Source: a virus
Taxonomy: Duplodnaviria; Caudoviricetes
Direction: 5' to 3' (one strand)
DNA: 64,000 nt
Virus record (IMG/VR): IMGVR_UViG_3300033076_000593
Location: 3,719 to 67,718 of that record
The position numbers were made by a program, and so were the translations under genes. Within the stretch, counting starts at the first letter, position 1. Every line of letters starts with the position of its first letter. Below the pieces are notes generated by a model. It ran no database searches. It had not been told where the DNA came from and saw nothing but the letters and a program-made list of their open reading frames with translations. Positions 7,962-16,733 of this stretch are shown here, piece after piece.

Positions 7962-8288
7962 ATGTTGACAGATAAAAAGAAACATCAAATTATTGCCTCT
8001 GTACTACACGCAAATTGTTTTGTAATACTCTCTGATGAAATAGGTCCACCATACTGGGAAAAGGAAATCAAGATGATTGCCAAGAGGTATGTGGACGCTA
8101 TCGAAAAGAAGTACAAACTGCTAGCATCTGTTCTGTTCCAAATTGAAGGAGGGGATATGTATCAAAAAGCTTTGTCAGACTGTGAAGAACTTGTTGCCTT
8201 AGTCAGTAAGTTAGACTGGCACAAATACCACAAAGTAATTGAATTCATTAAAACCCTTGAAGAGGATGAACCAGAATCAGAAAACTAA
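7962..8288 (+). CDS. hypothetical protein
   Basis: ATG 1 nt after exonuclease stop. Confidence 0.7.
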   Translation: MLTDKKKHQIIASVLHANCFVILSDEIGPPYWEKEIKMIAKRYVDAIEKKYKLLASVLFQIEGGDMYQKALSDCEELVALVSKLDWHKYHKVIEFIKTLEEDEPESEN

Positions 8289-8646
8289 TCTATCACTCAT
8301 TGCATTTCTCATCACATTTGTTTTAGCTGGGATAGTCCTAACTAAGAAATACGTTGATAACAATACAATGGTTAGATCCTACAACGATTCAATCTCAGCA
8401 AACAATCTTAAGATAAGAGAGGAGCAAAGGATTGTAGATTCATTAAAGATAGAGTTATCTAAACAAGATGTAGAGTACGTCTACATAAAACAAAAAGAAA
8501 GTGAAACAATTAAAACCTACAAAAATGAAAAATCTATTATTGATCACGCTCCTTTTAGTGAGCAGCTTGAGCTTTTCACAAAAAACCTCAAAAGGCTTGA
8601 CAGCCTCGACAAGCAAGGATACTTTGATTTCAATCAGCAAGAATGA
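8266..8646 (+). CDS. N-terminal TM plus coiled-coil protein (i-spanin-like)
   Basis: LSLIAFLITFVLAGIVL then heptad region; overlaps the next gene. Confidence 0.5.
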   Translation: MNQNQKTNLSLIAFLITFVLAGIVLTKKYVDNNTMVRSYNDSISANNLKIREEQRIVDSLKIELSKQDVEYVYIKQKESETIKTYKNEKSIIDHAPFSEQLELFTKNLKRLDSLDKQGYFDFNQQE

Positions 8647-8971
8647 TGTCGACTTGTTAAACAAGGTGATGCTTTCAGAAAACTTCTACAGATCGATGTA
8701 CGATGTTAACGATGACAAGATTAAGTTGTTTGAGAAGAAGATTGTAACTCTAGAGGATATCATCCAGCGCAACGAGAGAATCATTAGTCTCCAAGAGAAG
8801 AATGTTGAGACTCTTACCGAAGAAAACAGAAAGCTACAGCTTAGTGCCAACGATGCTTGGACAGAAACCGCTATCGAAACAGGTAAAAGATTAGCTTGGA
8901 GACAGCGTGCCTTGCTTGGCATTCCAATCTCACTAGCTGGAGGATTCTTAATCGCAACTTTAATCCAATAA
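8525..8971 (+). CDS. signal peptide, coiled coil and C-terminal TM protein (spanin partner-like)
   Basis: MKNLLLITLLLVSSLSFSQ signal; C-terminal ALLGIPISLAGGFLIATLIQ. Confidence 0.45.
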   Translation: MKNLLLITLLLVSSLSFSQKTSKGLTASTSKDTLISISKNDVDLLNKVMLSENFYRSMYDVNDDKIKLFEKKIVTLEDIIQRNERIISLQEKNVETLTEENRKLQLSANDAWTETAIETGKRLAWRQRALLGIPISLAGGFLIATLIQ

Positions 8972-8975
8972 TAAT

Positions 8976-9233
8976 ATGAAACCACTATTTGATCGAATCA
9001 AGTTTAAGCCAAACATACGCAAGGCTGTAACATCTGACATATTGATAACCGATGCCAATGAGAAAGTGTTAAAAGACGAGGGATACGTCACAGACATTGG
9101 AGAAGAGGTTGAGTTTATAAAAGTCGGAGATAGAATTAAGTTTCTTGAAAAGAATATAACATGGGTTTCTGAAAACGATGTGACCTTTGGTCTTATCTCT
9201 GAGGCCCATGTGTTAGCTAAAATTGAAGAATGA
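8976..9233 (+). CDS. GroES-like co-chaperonin
   Basis: MKPLFDRI...G.V.DIGEEVEFIKVGDRI.F...LISEAHVLAKIE. Confidence 0.85.
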   Translation: MKPLFDRIKFKPNIRKAVTSDILITDANEKVLKDEGYVTDIGEEVEFIKVGDRIKFLEKNITWVSENDVTFGLISEAHVLAKIEE

Positions 9234-9547
9234 GAACATTCAGGAAGGTAAGATACTGGAATGGCATTTTAATCGAATCAGGGGCCTGCTTTAGGTGGAT
9301 CAATGACAATCAAATTGTACACTTCGATGGTGCTAAGGAGGGATTCTTTCACTCCTGGGGATTCTCAAGCGGAGAAACGGTCGGCATAGTTGAATCTCTC
9401 GATGGGGAGATTCATCTTGTCGATCCTGCCTTCATTAGGTTCACGCATACAGATAGCACTACTGAATCTTTGAACGAGGCTTTAGAATTTATTGAAGATG
9501 AGGAGCAGAGACAAAGAGTAATTGATGTTATATTTAAAATGAAGTGA
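9230..9547 (+). CDS. hypothetical protein
   Basis: ATGA-coupled ORF. Confidence 0.7.
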   Translation: MRTFRKVRYWNGILIESGACFRWINDNQIVHFDGAKEGFFHSWGFSSGETVGIVESLDGEIHLVDPAFIRFTHTDSTTESLNEALEFIEDEEQRQRVIDVIFKMK

Positions 9548-9867
9548 TGAAGGTAAATGTAAAACCACTATCGATAAACCAGGCGTTTCAGGGAAGGAGA
9601 TTTAAGTCACCTGAATACAAGGTGTACGAAAAAGAATGCCTGCTCAAACTGAGGCCGTTTAAATTTCCTCAGGGACAGGTTTCAATGACTCTTATTGTCG
9701 GGTATTCAAACAGGGCAAACGATATTGATAACAGTATCAAGCCGATCCTAGATATCCTGCAAAAGAAATATAAGTTCAACGACAAAGATGTTTATGAACT
9801 TCATGTGTATAAAGTAATTGTAAAAAAGGGAGAAGAGTTCTGGCAATTCGATGTCAGGCCACTATGA
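9544..9867 (+). CDS. RusA-like Holliday junction resolvase
   Basis: KPLSINQ, NDIDNSIKPILD, NDK motifs. Confidence 0.8.
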   Translation: MMKVNVKPLSINQAFQGRRFKSPEYKVYEKECLLKLRPFKFPQGQVSMTLIVGYSNRANDIDNSIKPILDILQKKYKFNDKDVYELHVYKVIVKKGEEFWQFDVRPL

Positions 9868-9889
9868 TATAAGTGTTTAGTTAAACAAG

Positions 9890-9926
9890 AAGGGCGGTTA
9901 CTTCAAACGTGGAGAGCCGCCCTTTC
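9890..9926. terminator. GC-rich hairpin where two transcription units converge
   Basis: aagggcggt 9890-98 pairs with gccgccctt 9916-24. Confidence 0.5.
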
Positions 9927-10188
9927 CATTTCTAGCGCGATTGCTAGATTGTTTTTCTCGTACTATCACACCTTTCTTTGTATGGCTCATATCTTTGCCA
10001 TCCTTGTTGCCGTAAGTTCCAGCCTTACGGTTTTCTTTGTTCAGTTCTGAACGATACTTACGCCTTTCTGGTGTAGAGTGATACTCCTTGTTATACGCAT
10101 CTTTCTTAGCCTTCGCCTTTGGATTAGACTGAAAGTATTTGGCACTCTCTGATTTGCCTTTTTTAGTACCTGCTAAAGAATTTCTCAT
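9898..10188 (-). CDS. basic protein with degenerate HNH-like motif
   Basis: DGKDMSH...KQSSNRARN; Lys/Arg-rich; start 10188 lies downstream of the promoter box. Confidence 0.65.
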   Translation of the reverse strand: MRNSLAGTKKGKSESAKYFQSNPKAKAKKDAYNKEYHSTPERRKYRSELNKENRKAGTYGNKDGKDMSHTKKGVIVREKQSSNRARNGKGGSPRLK

Positions 10189-10192
10189 GTAA

Positions 10193-10212
10193 CAAATATA
10201 CACCTAAATTTG
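10193..10212. promoter_or_regulatory. back-to-back divergent TAnnTTTG promoters
   Basis: Minus TATATTTG at 10193-10200; plus TAAATTTG at 10205-10212. Confidence 0.65.
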
Positions 10213-10217
10213 TTACA

Positions 10218-10445
10218 ATGAATATACATGAAATACAACAGGTGCTTTGGGTAGAGACAGAGCTAGGTGACGGAATTGCTCTATTCCTCATGGACTACGG
10301 AATGCAAAATAATACTGTGTGGGTGGTAGCCTTGGAGCAGACTGGAGAGATAAAACACTTCGACTCCAATCAGATCAGGCTGTGTAAGAACCACACTATA
10401 AACCTTCGCTGTAGTACGCAATCTTCAACATCTCGTAGAGTTTGA
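10218..10445 (+). CDS. hypothetical phage protein
   Basis: LGDGIALFLMDYG..N.VWVV...TGEIKHF; own promoter. Confidence 0.7.
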   Translation: MNIHEIQQVLWVETELGDGIALFLMDYGMQNNTVWVVALEQTGEIKHFDSNQIRLCKNHTINLRCSTQSSTSRRV

Positions 10446-10815
10446 AAACGTACTCCCACCTACGATCCTTTTGGAGTAATTTCTCTCTAGACATTGTGTG
10501 CCAATCTGTGTGGTACTCCGCGTTGACGAAGATAATGTTGGATGGGTTGAGACGATAGGCAGGAAACGCTCCCTTACCAAGGATGTGGAAGCAGATTGAT
10601 GGAGAGAACTCCAACTCTCTTCCTGTGACATAGCAACGATGTTTACGAGTCTCCCATAGATGTTTGAATAGATCCATCTCGCCAGTAGCCTTGTACTTTT
10701 TTTTGAACTGAGTTCTCTTGAGACCTTGTGATTTAGGCTTCGCATCCTCTCTGTAGTTCTTACAGAATGTACGGTTAAAATCCGTACAAAAACACTCTTC
10801 GGCTTGGCATTTCAT
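10396..10815 (-). CDS. HNH (beta-beta-alpha-metal)/NinG-like nuclease
   Basis: CYVTG...HILGKG.FP.YRL..SNI.....YH..WH. Confidence 0.6.
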   Translation of the reverse strand: MKCQAEECFCTDFNRTFCKNYREDAKPKSQGLKRTQFKKKYKATGEMDLFKHLWETRKHRCYVTGRELEFSPSICFHILGKGAFPAYRLNPSNIIFVNAEYHTDWHTMSREKLLQKDRRWEYVFKLYEMLKIAYYSEGL

Positions 10816-10910
10816 TGGCGTTGTGTTTAAAACAAATAAGGAGGATTGCTCCCCCTTATCTGCCCTTAAATCAATAATCAATAAATCTATGAAAGATAAA
10901 ACAATGATGA

Positions 10911-10918
10911 CAAATATA
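10911..10918 (-). promoter_or_regulatory. TAnnTTTG promoter box
   Basis: Reverse complement TATATTTG. Confidence 0.55.
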
Positions 10919-10948
10919 CAAAACTTAATTCTGTATTTCCAAATGTTT

Positions 10949-13765
10949 TTACCAAAATATTAATGTTCTCCACATTTCTGTTCCACTATGTCTTGCAACG
11001 TAAAGATATTTAAGGCCATCCTCTGTCTTAATTACCTCCATTCTGTTTCCAGTAACAGCAGAAGACATACCATAAGGAACAGTACCTGAGTTTACAAACT
11101 CTCTTTTTACTACATCAAAGTAGAAAATACGACCTGAGGCATCTTTTTGCACATAGATTCTGTCTGCTCCATCATATGCCCACATACTACCTCCAGTAAA
11201 TGTCTCACCTTGTCCAGAGTTTGGATAGAAATATTCATAAATACCTGTAGTGATATCAAACCTCATGACTCCTAATGCAGCTCCACCAACAGCTGAGAAC
11301 ATATATCTATGGTTTCCATTACCCCATGTCCACTTTAAAGTTGTTCCTGCGTTTTTAAGAGGTGTTCCGTAGATGACATAGTTAGATGTAGAGTCTGGGG
11401 TTGCTGTTGAAAAGTTTAACCCAGTAGCTGTGCTACTACTAACAGCAATTTCAGTCCCTGCGGCAGTTCCCCCAATAATTCTCAACCTTTTATTTGTCCA
11501 TTGGTTGGTAACCCAGTTTTTACCAGTATCGTACAAATTATTCAAAGCTCCAGATGTAGCAGTACCAAAAGTGTCCATTATCTCATAACGAGTAGTAGTA
11601 TCTGGAGTAAATGCAGCCGCTGAAAATGTTAAAGTATTACTATTATTAGCGGTAATAGTCAACTCACTTCCAAGTCCTGTTCCTGCTGTAATTCTTACAA
11701 CGTGACCTACCCATGTACCTCGAATCCAGTTTTTACTTGTGTCTGTAATAGAAGTTGTTGTACCACTTGTAGGATACCCATAAGCTAATTGGTTATCTGC
11801 CCAAAATTTACGGTCTCTTCCGTAGGATGCAGGGTCAATAATAATATATCGAGATTGACCGCTAGTTACTGCCGTTCCTGTAAATGTAGGTACTGTAATA
11901 GTGGTTGCTGTGTTAGAGGTAATTCTTCTTATTTGAGATACTGATTGTAATGAAGAACCTTGAAGAACCATTATAAATTTACCAGTATGCTCGTTGACAT
12001 CCCAGTTTCTTGTAGAATCTACAACAAGAGATGTACTAGCAGTAGAAGTAAAAGTCATTGAAGCAGTAGCCGTACTTGCAACTGTTAATGTAAGGTTGGT
12101 ATCAGCACTTAAAACTGTGTAAGTTCCATTCCATCCTGCTACGGCAGAACCTGCTATAGTTACAGTGTCTCCAACTTTTAAGAAATGGTTGATTACAGTA
12201 GTAATTAATCCTGTTCTAGCAATTGCAGTTACGTTAATTGTACATCCTGAGCCTGTTCCAGATATAGTTGTTGTTGCAGTACCTGTAGATGTAGCATAAC
12301 CTGATCCACTATTTTTAAATGAAACACTAGTCACACCACCTGCTGTTGTACACCCTGTGACATACAAACGACAGTTTGCTCCACCACCAGATATTTGAAT
12401 TACATCTCCAACTGCATACCCAGAACCTGCTGCATTTACTGCAACTGTACTAACTGAACCTGTTCCATTATCTGCAGCTGAGGAAATTCCTAATGGCAAC
12501 TCACCAGTTTTAGTTATAGTGGCACTATTAATTACTCCGTAATCAAAGTATGGACCTGTTACCCACTGGTCTGCTTCTACATTATATGCTAAATGCATAG
12601 CTTGACCTGAACCTACAAAATGTACAAGATCTGTGTCTGGCCAAATTTCATAAGTAGTGGTAGCATCTGGAGTGGTATCCCATTTAGCATCTACTTCAAA
12701 TGTTCTGTCTATATTAGATGTAATTCTTCTTCTTTGCCCTGCTCCTGTACCCCCTGTTAATCTAATTTGATAGTTACGATATTGATCATTGACCATCATT
12801 TGAGTAGTGTCTGTCAACCTTCTAGACGTAGCAGAAGTAGCTGTACTTGAAATATATGCATTTTCCACTTCATCTAAAGGAGTTATAGCTACTTCAGTAC
12901 CTAAAGCTCCCCCTAATAAGTTTTGAGGGGTAGTCTTTTGATACCAAACATCTGTAAGCACATCATACATTTGGAATGTAAAGAATGGTGCTGATGCTAA
13001 TGAAGAAATTAACCAAATAACTCCAGTCTGTATCATAAATCTACTGTCTGTAGTTGGACTAGTAGTAAATGGAGAACTTACAGTTACTGTCTGTGTACAA
13101 ATCTCATATGTAGAATACGTTGTTGTGGTAAACGCTGTAGTAAAACCTTGATTATCCCAAGGGTCATACTGAGCCATTTGAACATCATAAAAATACAATG
13201 TAGTTGTATCGTTATAAATAATAGTTCTTTGAGTTGAAGAGTTAGCTCCAAAAGTAACACGACAAGTGTATCCTACCCATTGGTTAACTTGCCATCTTTT
13301 CGTAGAGTCAATTAATGAAGTAGAACCACCACCAGTTTGAACTCCAGAATCTAAAGTTGTTATATCGCTAGCAGCTGAAATAGTTCTAGTTTGTTCTGCT
13401 CCTGGTCCAGATACAATTCTTATTTTTTGACCTACTAACTTACTTGGTGCAGCAAGTCCTGGAATTGTAATTGTACTAGATCCTCCTGCCAAAACCTTAC
13501 CCCTATTTCCTTGAGATTTAGAGTAGGCCATTGCAGCAATAGTTACTGATGCAAAATATGTTGGTTGAGCAAGTGATGCCCAAGTATCACTCCAAGTATC
13601 ATATCTTTGGAATATAGATGGCTGTTGGTAATAAATATACCTATCTGAGCCATCAATAGCTGTAGCAAAACCACTGGCCCCACTGTTAAATGACTGTAAT
13701 GAAAACCTAGACCACTCCCATACAGGTTGGTCAATTTGTTTTTTAAGATTATTAGTAATTGCCAT
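10949..13765 (-). CDS. tail fibre/receptor-binding protein with internal repeats and propeller-like ends
   Basis: 938 aa, T/S/G-rich; about six repeats of TSG..T.L.D..KNW..NQW.G..RI..GTG. Confidence 0.75.
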   Translation of the reverse strand: MAITNNLKKQIDQPVWEWSRFSLQSFNSGASGFATAIDGSDRYIYYQQPSIFQRYDTWSDTWASLAQPTYFASVTIAAMAYSKSQGNRGKVLAGGSSTITIPGLAAPSKLVGQKIRIVSGPGAEQTRTISAASDITTLDSGVQTGGGSTSLIDSTKRWQVNQWVGYTCRVTFGANSSTQRTIIYNDTTTLYFYDVQMAQYDPWDNQGFTTAFTTTTYSTYEICTQTVTVSSPFTTSPTTDSRFMIQTGVIWLISSLASAPFFTFQMYDVLTDVWYQKTTPQNLLGGALGTEVAITPLDEVENAYISSTATSATSRRLTDTTQMMVNDQYRNYQIRLTGGTGAGQRRRITSNIDRTFEVDAKWDTTPDATTTYEIWPDTDLVHFVGSGQAMHLAYNVEADQWVTGPYFDYGVINSATITKTGELPLGISSAADNGTGSVSTVAVNAAGSGYAVGDVIQISGGGANCRLYVTGCTTAGGVTSVSFKNSGSGYATSTGTATTTISGTGSGCTINVTAIARTGLITTVINHFLKVGDTVTIAGSAVAGWNGTYTVLSADTNLTLTVASTATASMTFTSTASTSLVVDSTRNWDVNEHTGKFIMVLQGSSLQSVSQIRRITSNTATTITVPTFTGTAVTSGQSRYIIIDPASYGRDRKFWADNQLAYGYPTSGTTTSITDTSKNWIRGTWVGHVVRITAGTGLGSELTITANNSNTLTFSAAAFTPDTTTRYEIMDTFGTATSGALNNLYDTGKNWVTNQWTNKRLRIIGGTAAGTEIAVSSSTATGLNFSTATPDSTSNYVIYGTPLKNAGTTLKWTWGNGNHRYMFSAVGGAALGVMRFDITTGIYEYFYPNSGQGETFTGGSMWAYDGADRIYVQKDASGRIFYFDVVKREFVNSGTVPYGMSSAVTGNRMEVIKTEDGLKYLYVARHSGTEMWRTLIFW

Positions 13766-13766
13766 A

Positions 13767-14348
13767 TTAAATTAAGTTTGCTCGGATTCCTGTGTTATAA
13801 GATACTCTTGCCCAATCAGCTATTGAAAATCTAAAATCAATACCTGCAAAAGATTGTGGAGTATTTAATAATGTAACAGCCGATGAATCAATAGCAATTC
13901 TTTGTCTTTGTTGGCTGTCTTGAGTTCCAATAGGTTCAAGAATTTTTGCAATTCTTCTGAGTAAGATGATTGTTTCGTCTTGGGAAGGATTTATAATGTC
14001 TCCAGCAGAATCCGTTATGTTTATTTCAGTTGGTGCTGTGTAAATGAAGTCGCAGAGGAAGTCGTAAACCTCGTACACCTTTGTTTCATAAGCACCCGAT
14101 GTGTCGCTAGGATCAATTGGACTCCATGTACTATCTTTATCCTTACCGTTTATTGTGGTGAGGTTGTAGACATAGAATGAGAATAGGTTTAGTACAGAGT
14201 CGACAAAGTTAATTGTCTTAGCCTTTCCGTTTTCGTAACCAATGGTGAGAGTTTTCAGTCCACTAAAAGCACCAATAACATTTGACTGATTGTATAATTT
14301 AACCAATCCGCTATCAAGCCTTTGTATTTTAGTTACGTTGTGAATCAT
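13767..14348 (-). CDS. probable virion/tail-associated protein
   Basis: Directly upstream of the fibre gene. Confidence 0.6.
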   Translation of the reverse strand: MIHNVTKIQRLDSGLVKLYNQSNVIGAFSGLKTLTIGYENGKAKTINFVDSVLNLFSFYVYNLTTINGKDKDSTWSPIDPSDTSGAYETKVYEVYDFLCDFIYTAPTEINITDSAGDIINPSQDETIILLRRIAKILEPIGTQDSQQRQRIAIDSSAVTLLNTPQSFAGIDFRFSIADWARVSYNTGIRANLI

Positions 14349-15199
14349 TTTTCAAGCATTAGTACAGACGCAATCTCGTCATCGGATGCGTTAATACAAA
14401 AATACTGAAAATTATTATACTTGTCAGCCATTTCTGGACTTATTTTAGAAAAGGATTGACTATTTACACCAGCAGCTATCATTTTGCCAATCACATACTT
14501 AGCATCTGAGTGAGATCTTGAAGTGGATACTATTGGCTCCACTGGAATTTTATACTCTTGCACAGGTGCATTTATACTATCATCTTCTTTCTTATCCTCA
14601 AAAACACGTTCAGCTTTTCTCTTTTTAAAACTAGATTTAATCTTGTTGTAATTAGCTTCTCCGTATAGGAATTCAAAGAATTGCTTTGTTGTCACCCTTT
14701 CCGACTCAAACTTCTTCTGAACTTCTTCCAAAGCCTGGCCAATAGGGAAATTAAGGGGCTTACAATACCTACGAAGAGACTTAATAGTATCGCACTTAGC
14801 AACCATAATAGGATCCAAGGCATGCTCTTCAGCCACCGCCTTCCACGACTTAACCTCATGATATTCTGTTGGTTTTTTAGTTTTTTCAAATTGAAACTCT
14901 ACGGGTATTCCAAGAGCATTGCAGCACATTACAAGAACTTTTATTGTCGCTATGGCTGTTATTACTTCTCTAGGTCTGTTGTCTTCGCAAATAGCCGTAA
15001 ATGAGTCTGAGCGTCTCTCTAAACCATTATCAATAATGCTAATGTATCCGCTAATTTTTGCACTTTTTGGGGAGAGAGATTCCTCCTTTACTAAGGACCA
15101 TGAAGAGTTAGGTTTATTTAACTGGCCATTTAGGATCGTATACAAATCCATCAAAGCCTTCTCCTCAGAAGATAGAGAAAACGGTATTTTAAAACTCAT
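14345..15199 (-). CDS. hypothetical protein
   Basis: 284-aa ORF in late operon. Confidence 0.7.
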   Translation of the reverse strand: MSFKIPFSLSSEEKALMDLYTILNGQLNKPNSSWSLVKEESLSPKSAKISGYISIIDNGLERRSDSFTAICEDNRPREVITAIATIKVLVMCCNALGIPVEFQFEKTKKPTEYHEVKSWKAVAEEHALDPIMVAKCDTIKSLRRYCKPLNFPIGQALEEVQKKFESERVTTKQFFEFLYGEANYNKIKSSFKKRKAERVFEDKKEDDSINAPVQEYKIPVEPIVSTSRSHSDAKYVIGKMIAAGVNSQSFSKISPEMADKYNNFQYFCINASDDEIASVLMLEK

Positions 15200-15210
15200 G
15201 TGTTTGTTTT

Positions 15211-15456
15211 TTATTGTTGTTCGGATGGTGTGTCATCCTTTTTTTTATATCGTGTAAAGATACTCTCAATAACCGTAAGTCCCAAACCTCCTCCTGCTAT
15301 AACGAGTAGTCCCTCAAACATATAGTCAGGGCATCGATAGGGAGTAAATGTAGCAACGTATGCCAACGATATGCAAACGAGTAAAGAGAGTATTGCACTA
15401 ACTCTTTTTGTACTCGCATCTCCTTCAGAACTTAATAGTGATTTTATCCATTTCAC
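15211..15456 (-). CDS. putative holin (two TM)
   Basis: STKR motif then two hydrophobic helices and a charged tail; near endolysin. Confidence 0.6.
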   Translation of the reverse strand: MKWIKSLLSSEGDASTKRVSAILSLLVCISLAYVATFTPYRCPDYMFEGLLVIAGGGLGLTVIESIFTRYKKKDDTPSEQQ

Positions 15457-15626
15457 TTCTTCTTGGCCATTTTAATTATGGTGTAGATAGAGGCTATTCC
15501 CGATAGTACAAGGCAAAACATTTTAAGAGCAAACTCAACATCCAACAACCAAGCTGGAATTGATAATAGAATGCTGCTAATAGTCCCCGTTACCCCCTCT
15601 GCTATTTGTTGTTGGTGATTGCTCAT
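15453..15626 (-). CDS. second small two-TM holin/antiholin-like protein (57 aa)
   Basis: Read by eye: MSNHQQQIAEGVTGTISSILLSIP...IIKMAKKK; overlaps both neighbours by 4 nt. Confidence 0.6.
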   Translation of the reverse strand: MSNHQQQIAEGVTGTISSILLSIPAWLLDVEFALKMFCLVLSGIASIYTIIKMAKKK

Positions 15627-16213
15627 TTTTTTGCGTATTTTAAAATTTGTTCTTCTTCTATAAGAACGTAAGTAAATGTTTTCTTTCCACTTGCTTTACA
15701 CAATGATAATAGTTGAGCGAATTGCTCAGAGTTATTCAACACTTGACACCCAGCTGACCACTTGTCAATAATAGAACTAATGCCAGATGGGTTAGCGCGA
15801 TGAATATTAATGCCAAATAATCCTCTATCGATAGAAGACTTATCTCCAATTGTTTCAGATTTATTGTTTTTGTTTTTATCTCTAAACACAGAGACTGGAG
15901 CGTATTGAACTAACGCCTCGTATTTACCTTGGTGTTTACCAATAACCCAGCAGTTTTCGTGAACTCCTGGCATAAGAACAGCAGTACCTTTTGGGTTCAT
16001 AAAGTTTTTTAACCAATGAACGCCAGGGTTAGTCGTGCCAGTAAACCAAGTTACTTTTGGCTGATCGTTAGTAAGAGTAAACACTCCAATAAGATCATCG
16101 AACTTATCTGGAGTATCTGCTGAACTTCTGATACCTACAAGTTGAAAGGTATCAATCTTGTGACCGAGAGATAGGAAAGCTTGTTTTAATTCTTCTGCTG
16201 TAAATAGTTTCAT
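15623..16213 (-). CDS. endolysin with L,D-transpeptidase (YkuD-like) catalytic motif
   Basis: GINIHRA...KWSAGCQV (H...SxGC); adjacent to holins. Confidence 0.75.
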   Translation of the reverse strand: MKLFTAEELKQAFLSLGHKIDTFQLVGIRSSADTPDKFDDLIGVFTLTNDQPKVTWFTGTTNPGVHWLKNFMNPKGTAVLMPGVHENCWVIGKHQGKYEALVQYAPVSVFRDKNKNNKSETIGDKSSIDRGLFGINIHRANPSGISSIIDKWSAGCQVLNNSEQFAQLLSLCKASGKKTFTYVLIEEEQILKYAKK

Positions 16214-16710
16214 CCGAATAAAGTTTCTTCTAACATTAACATTTCAAATTTACTACCCAAATTAACACCTTCCAAAACATTTAATTTGTCGCTGTACTCA
16301 GCAACAGCTTTAGTTTGTCCTGTGCGATATTGCTGAAGAAAATCAAAAACACACAAGTCTCCAATTTTAAAAATCTTTGAGCTGGTATCTTCGTAAGCCT
16401 CGTATAAATCATACTCCATTTCGTATGCCTTTGTAATTACCTCAGTAATATTTGAGAAAGTTAAAGTTGGCTTTGGAATAGATGGCAACTCTGGAGTTAC
16501 ATTCCAATCAACTAAGAACTGCTCAATCTTTTTAGCGTGACCGAACTCATCTTCCGACTCAGCGGCAAAGAAAGTGCCTGCCTTAAAGAATCCAACATTG
16601 TTGCACCAGTTAGACGCAGCTCTGTAAAAGTATGCTGCGTTAAACTCGTCCGCTAATCTTGGCAGAAGAAGAGTGACTACTTCTGAGGGTAATTTTACTG
16701 GCTTTTTCAT
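16210..16710 (-). CDS. ferritin-like protein
   Basis: DEFNAAYFY, ESEDEFGHAKK, YEMEY, FLQQY..GQ ferroxidase-centre pattern. Confidence 0.9.
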   Translation of the reverse strand: MKKPVKLPSEVVTLLLPRLADEFNAAYFYRAASNWCNNVGFFKAGTFFAAESEDEFGHAKKIEQFLVDWNVTPELPSIPKPTLTFSNITEVITKAYEMEYDLYEAYEDTSSKIFKIGDLCVFDFLQQYRTGQTKAVAEYSDKLNVLEGVNLGSKFEMLMLEETLFG

Positions 16711-16715
16711 ATTTA

Positions 16716-16723
16716 CAAATTTA
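16716..16723 (-). promoter_or_regulatory. TAnnTTTG promoter for the ferritin-lysis unit
   Basis: Reverse complement TAAATTTG, 5 nt before the ferritin ATG. Confidence 0.55.
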
Positions 16724-16733
16724 CACCATTTTG

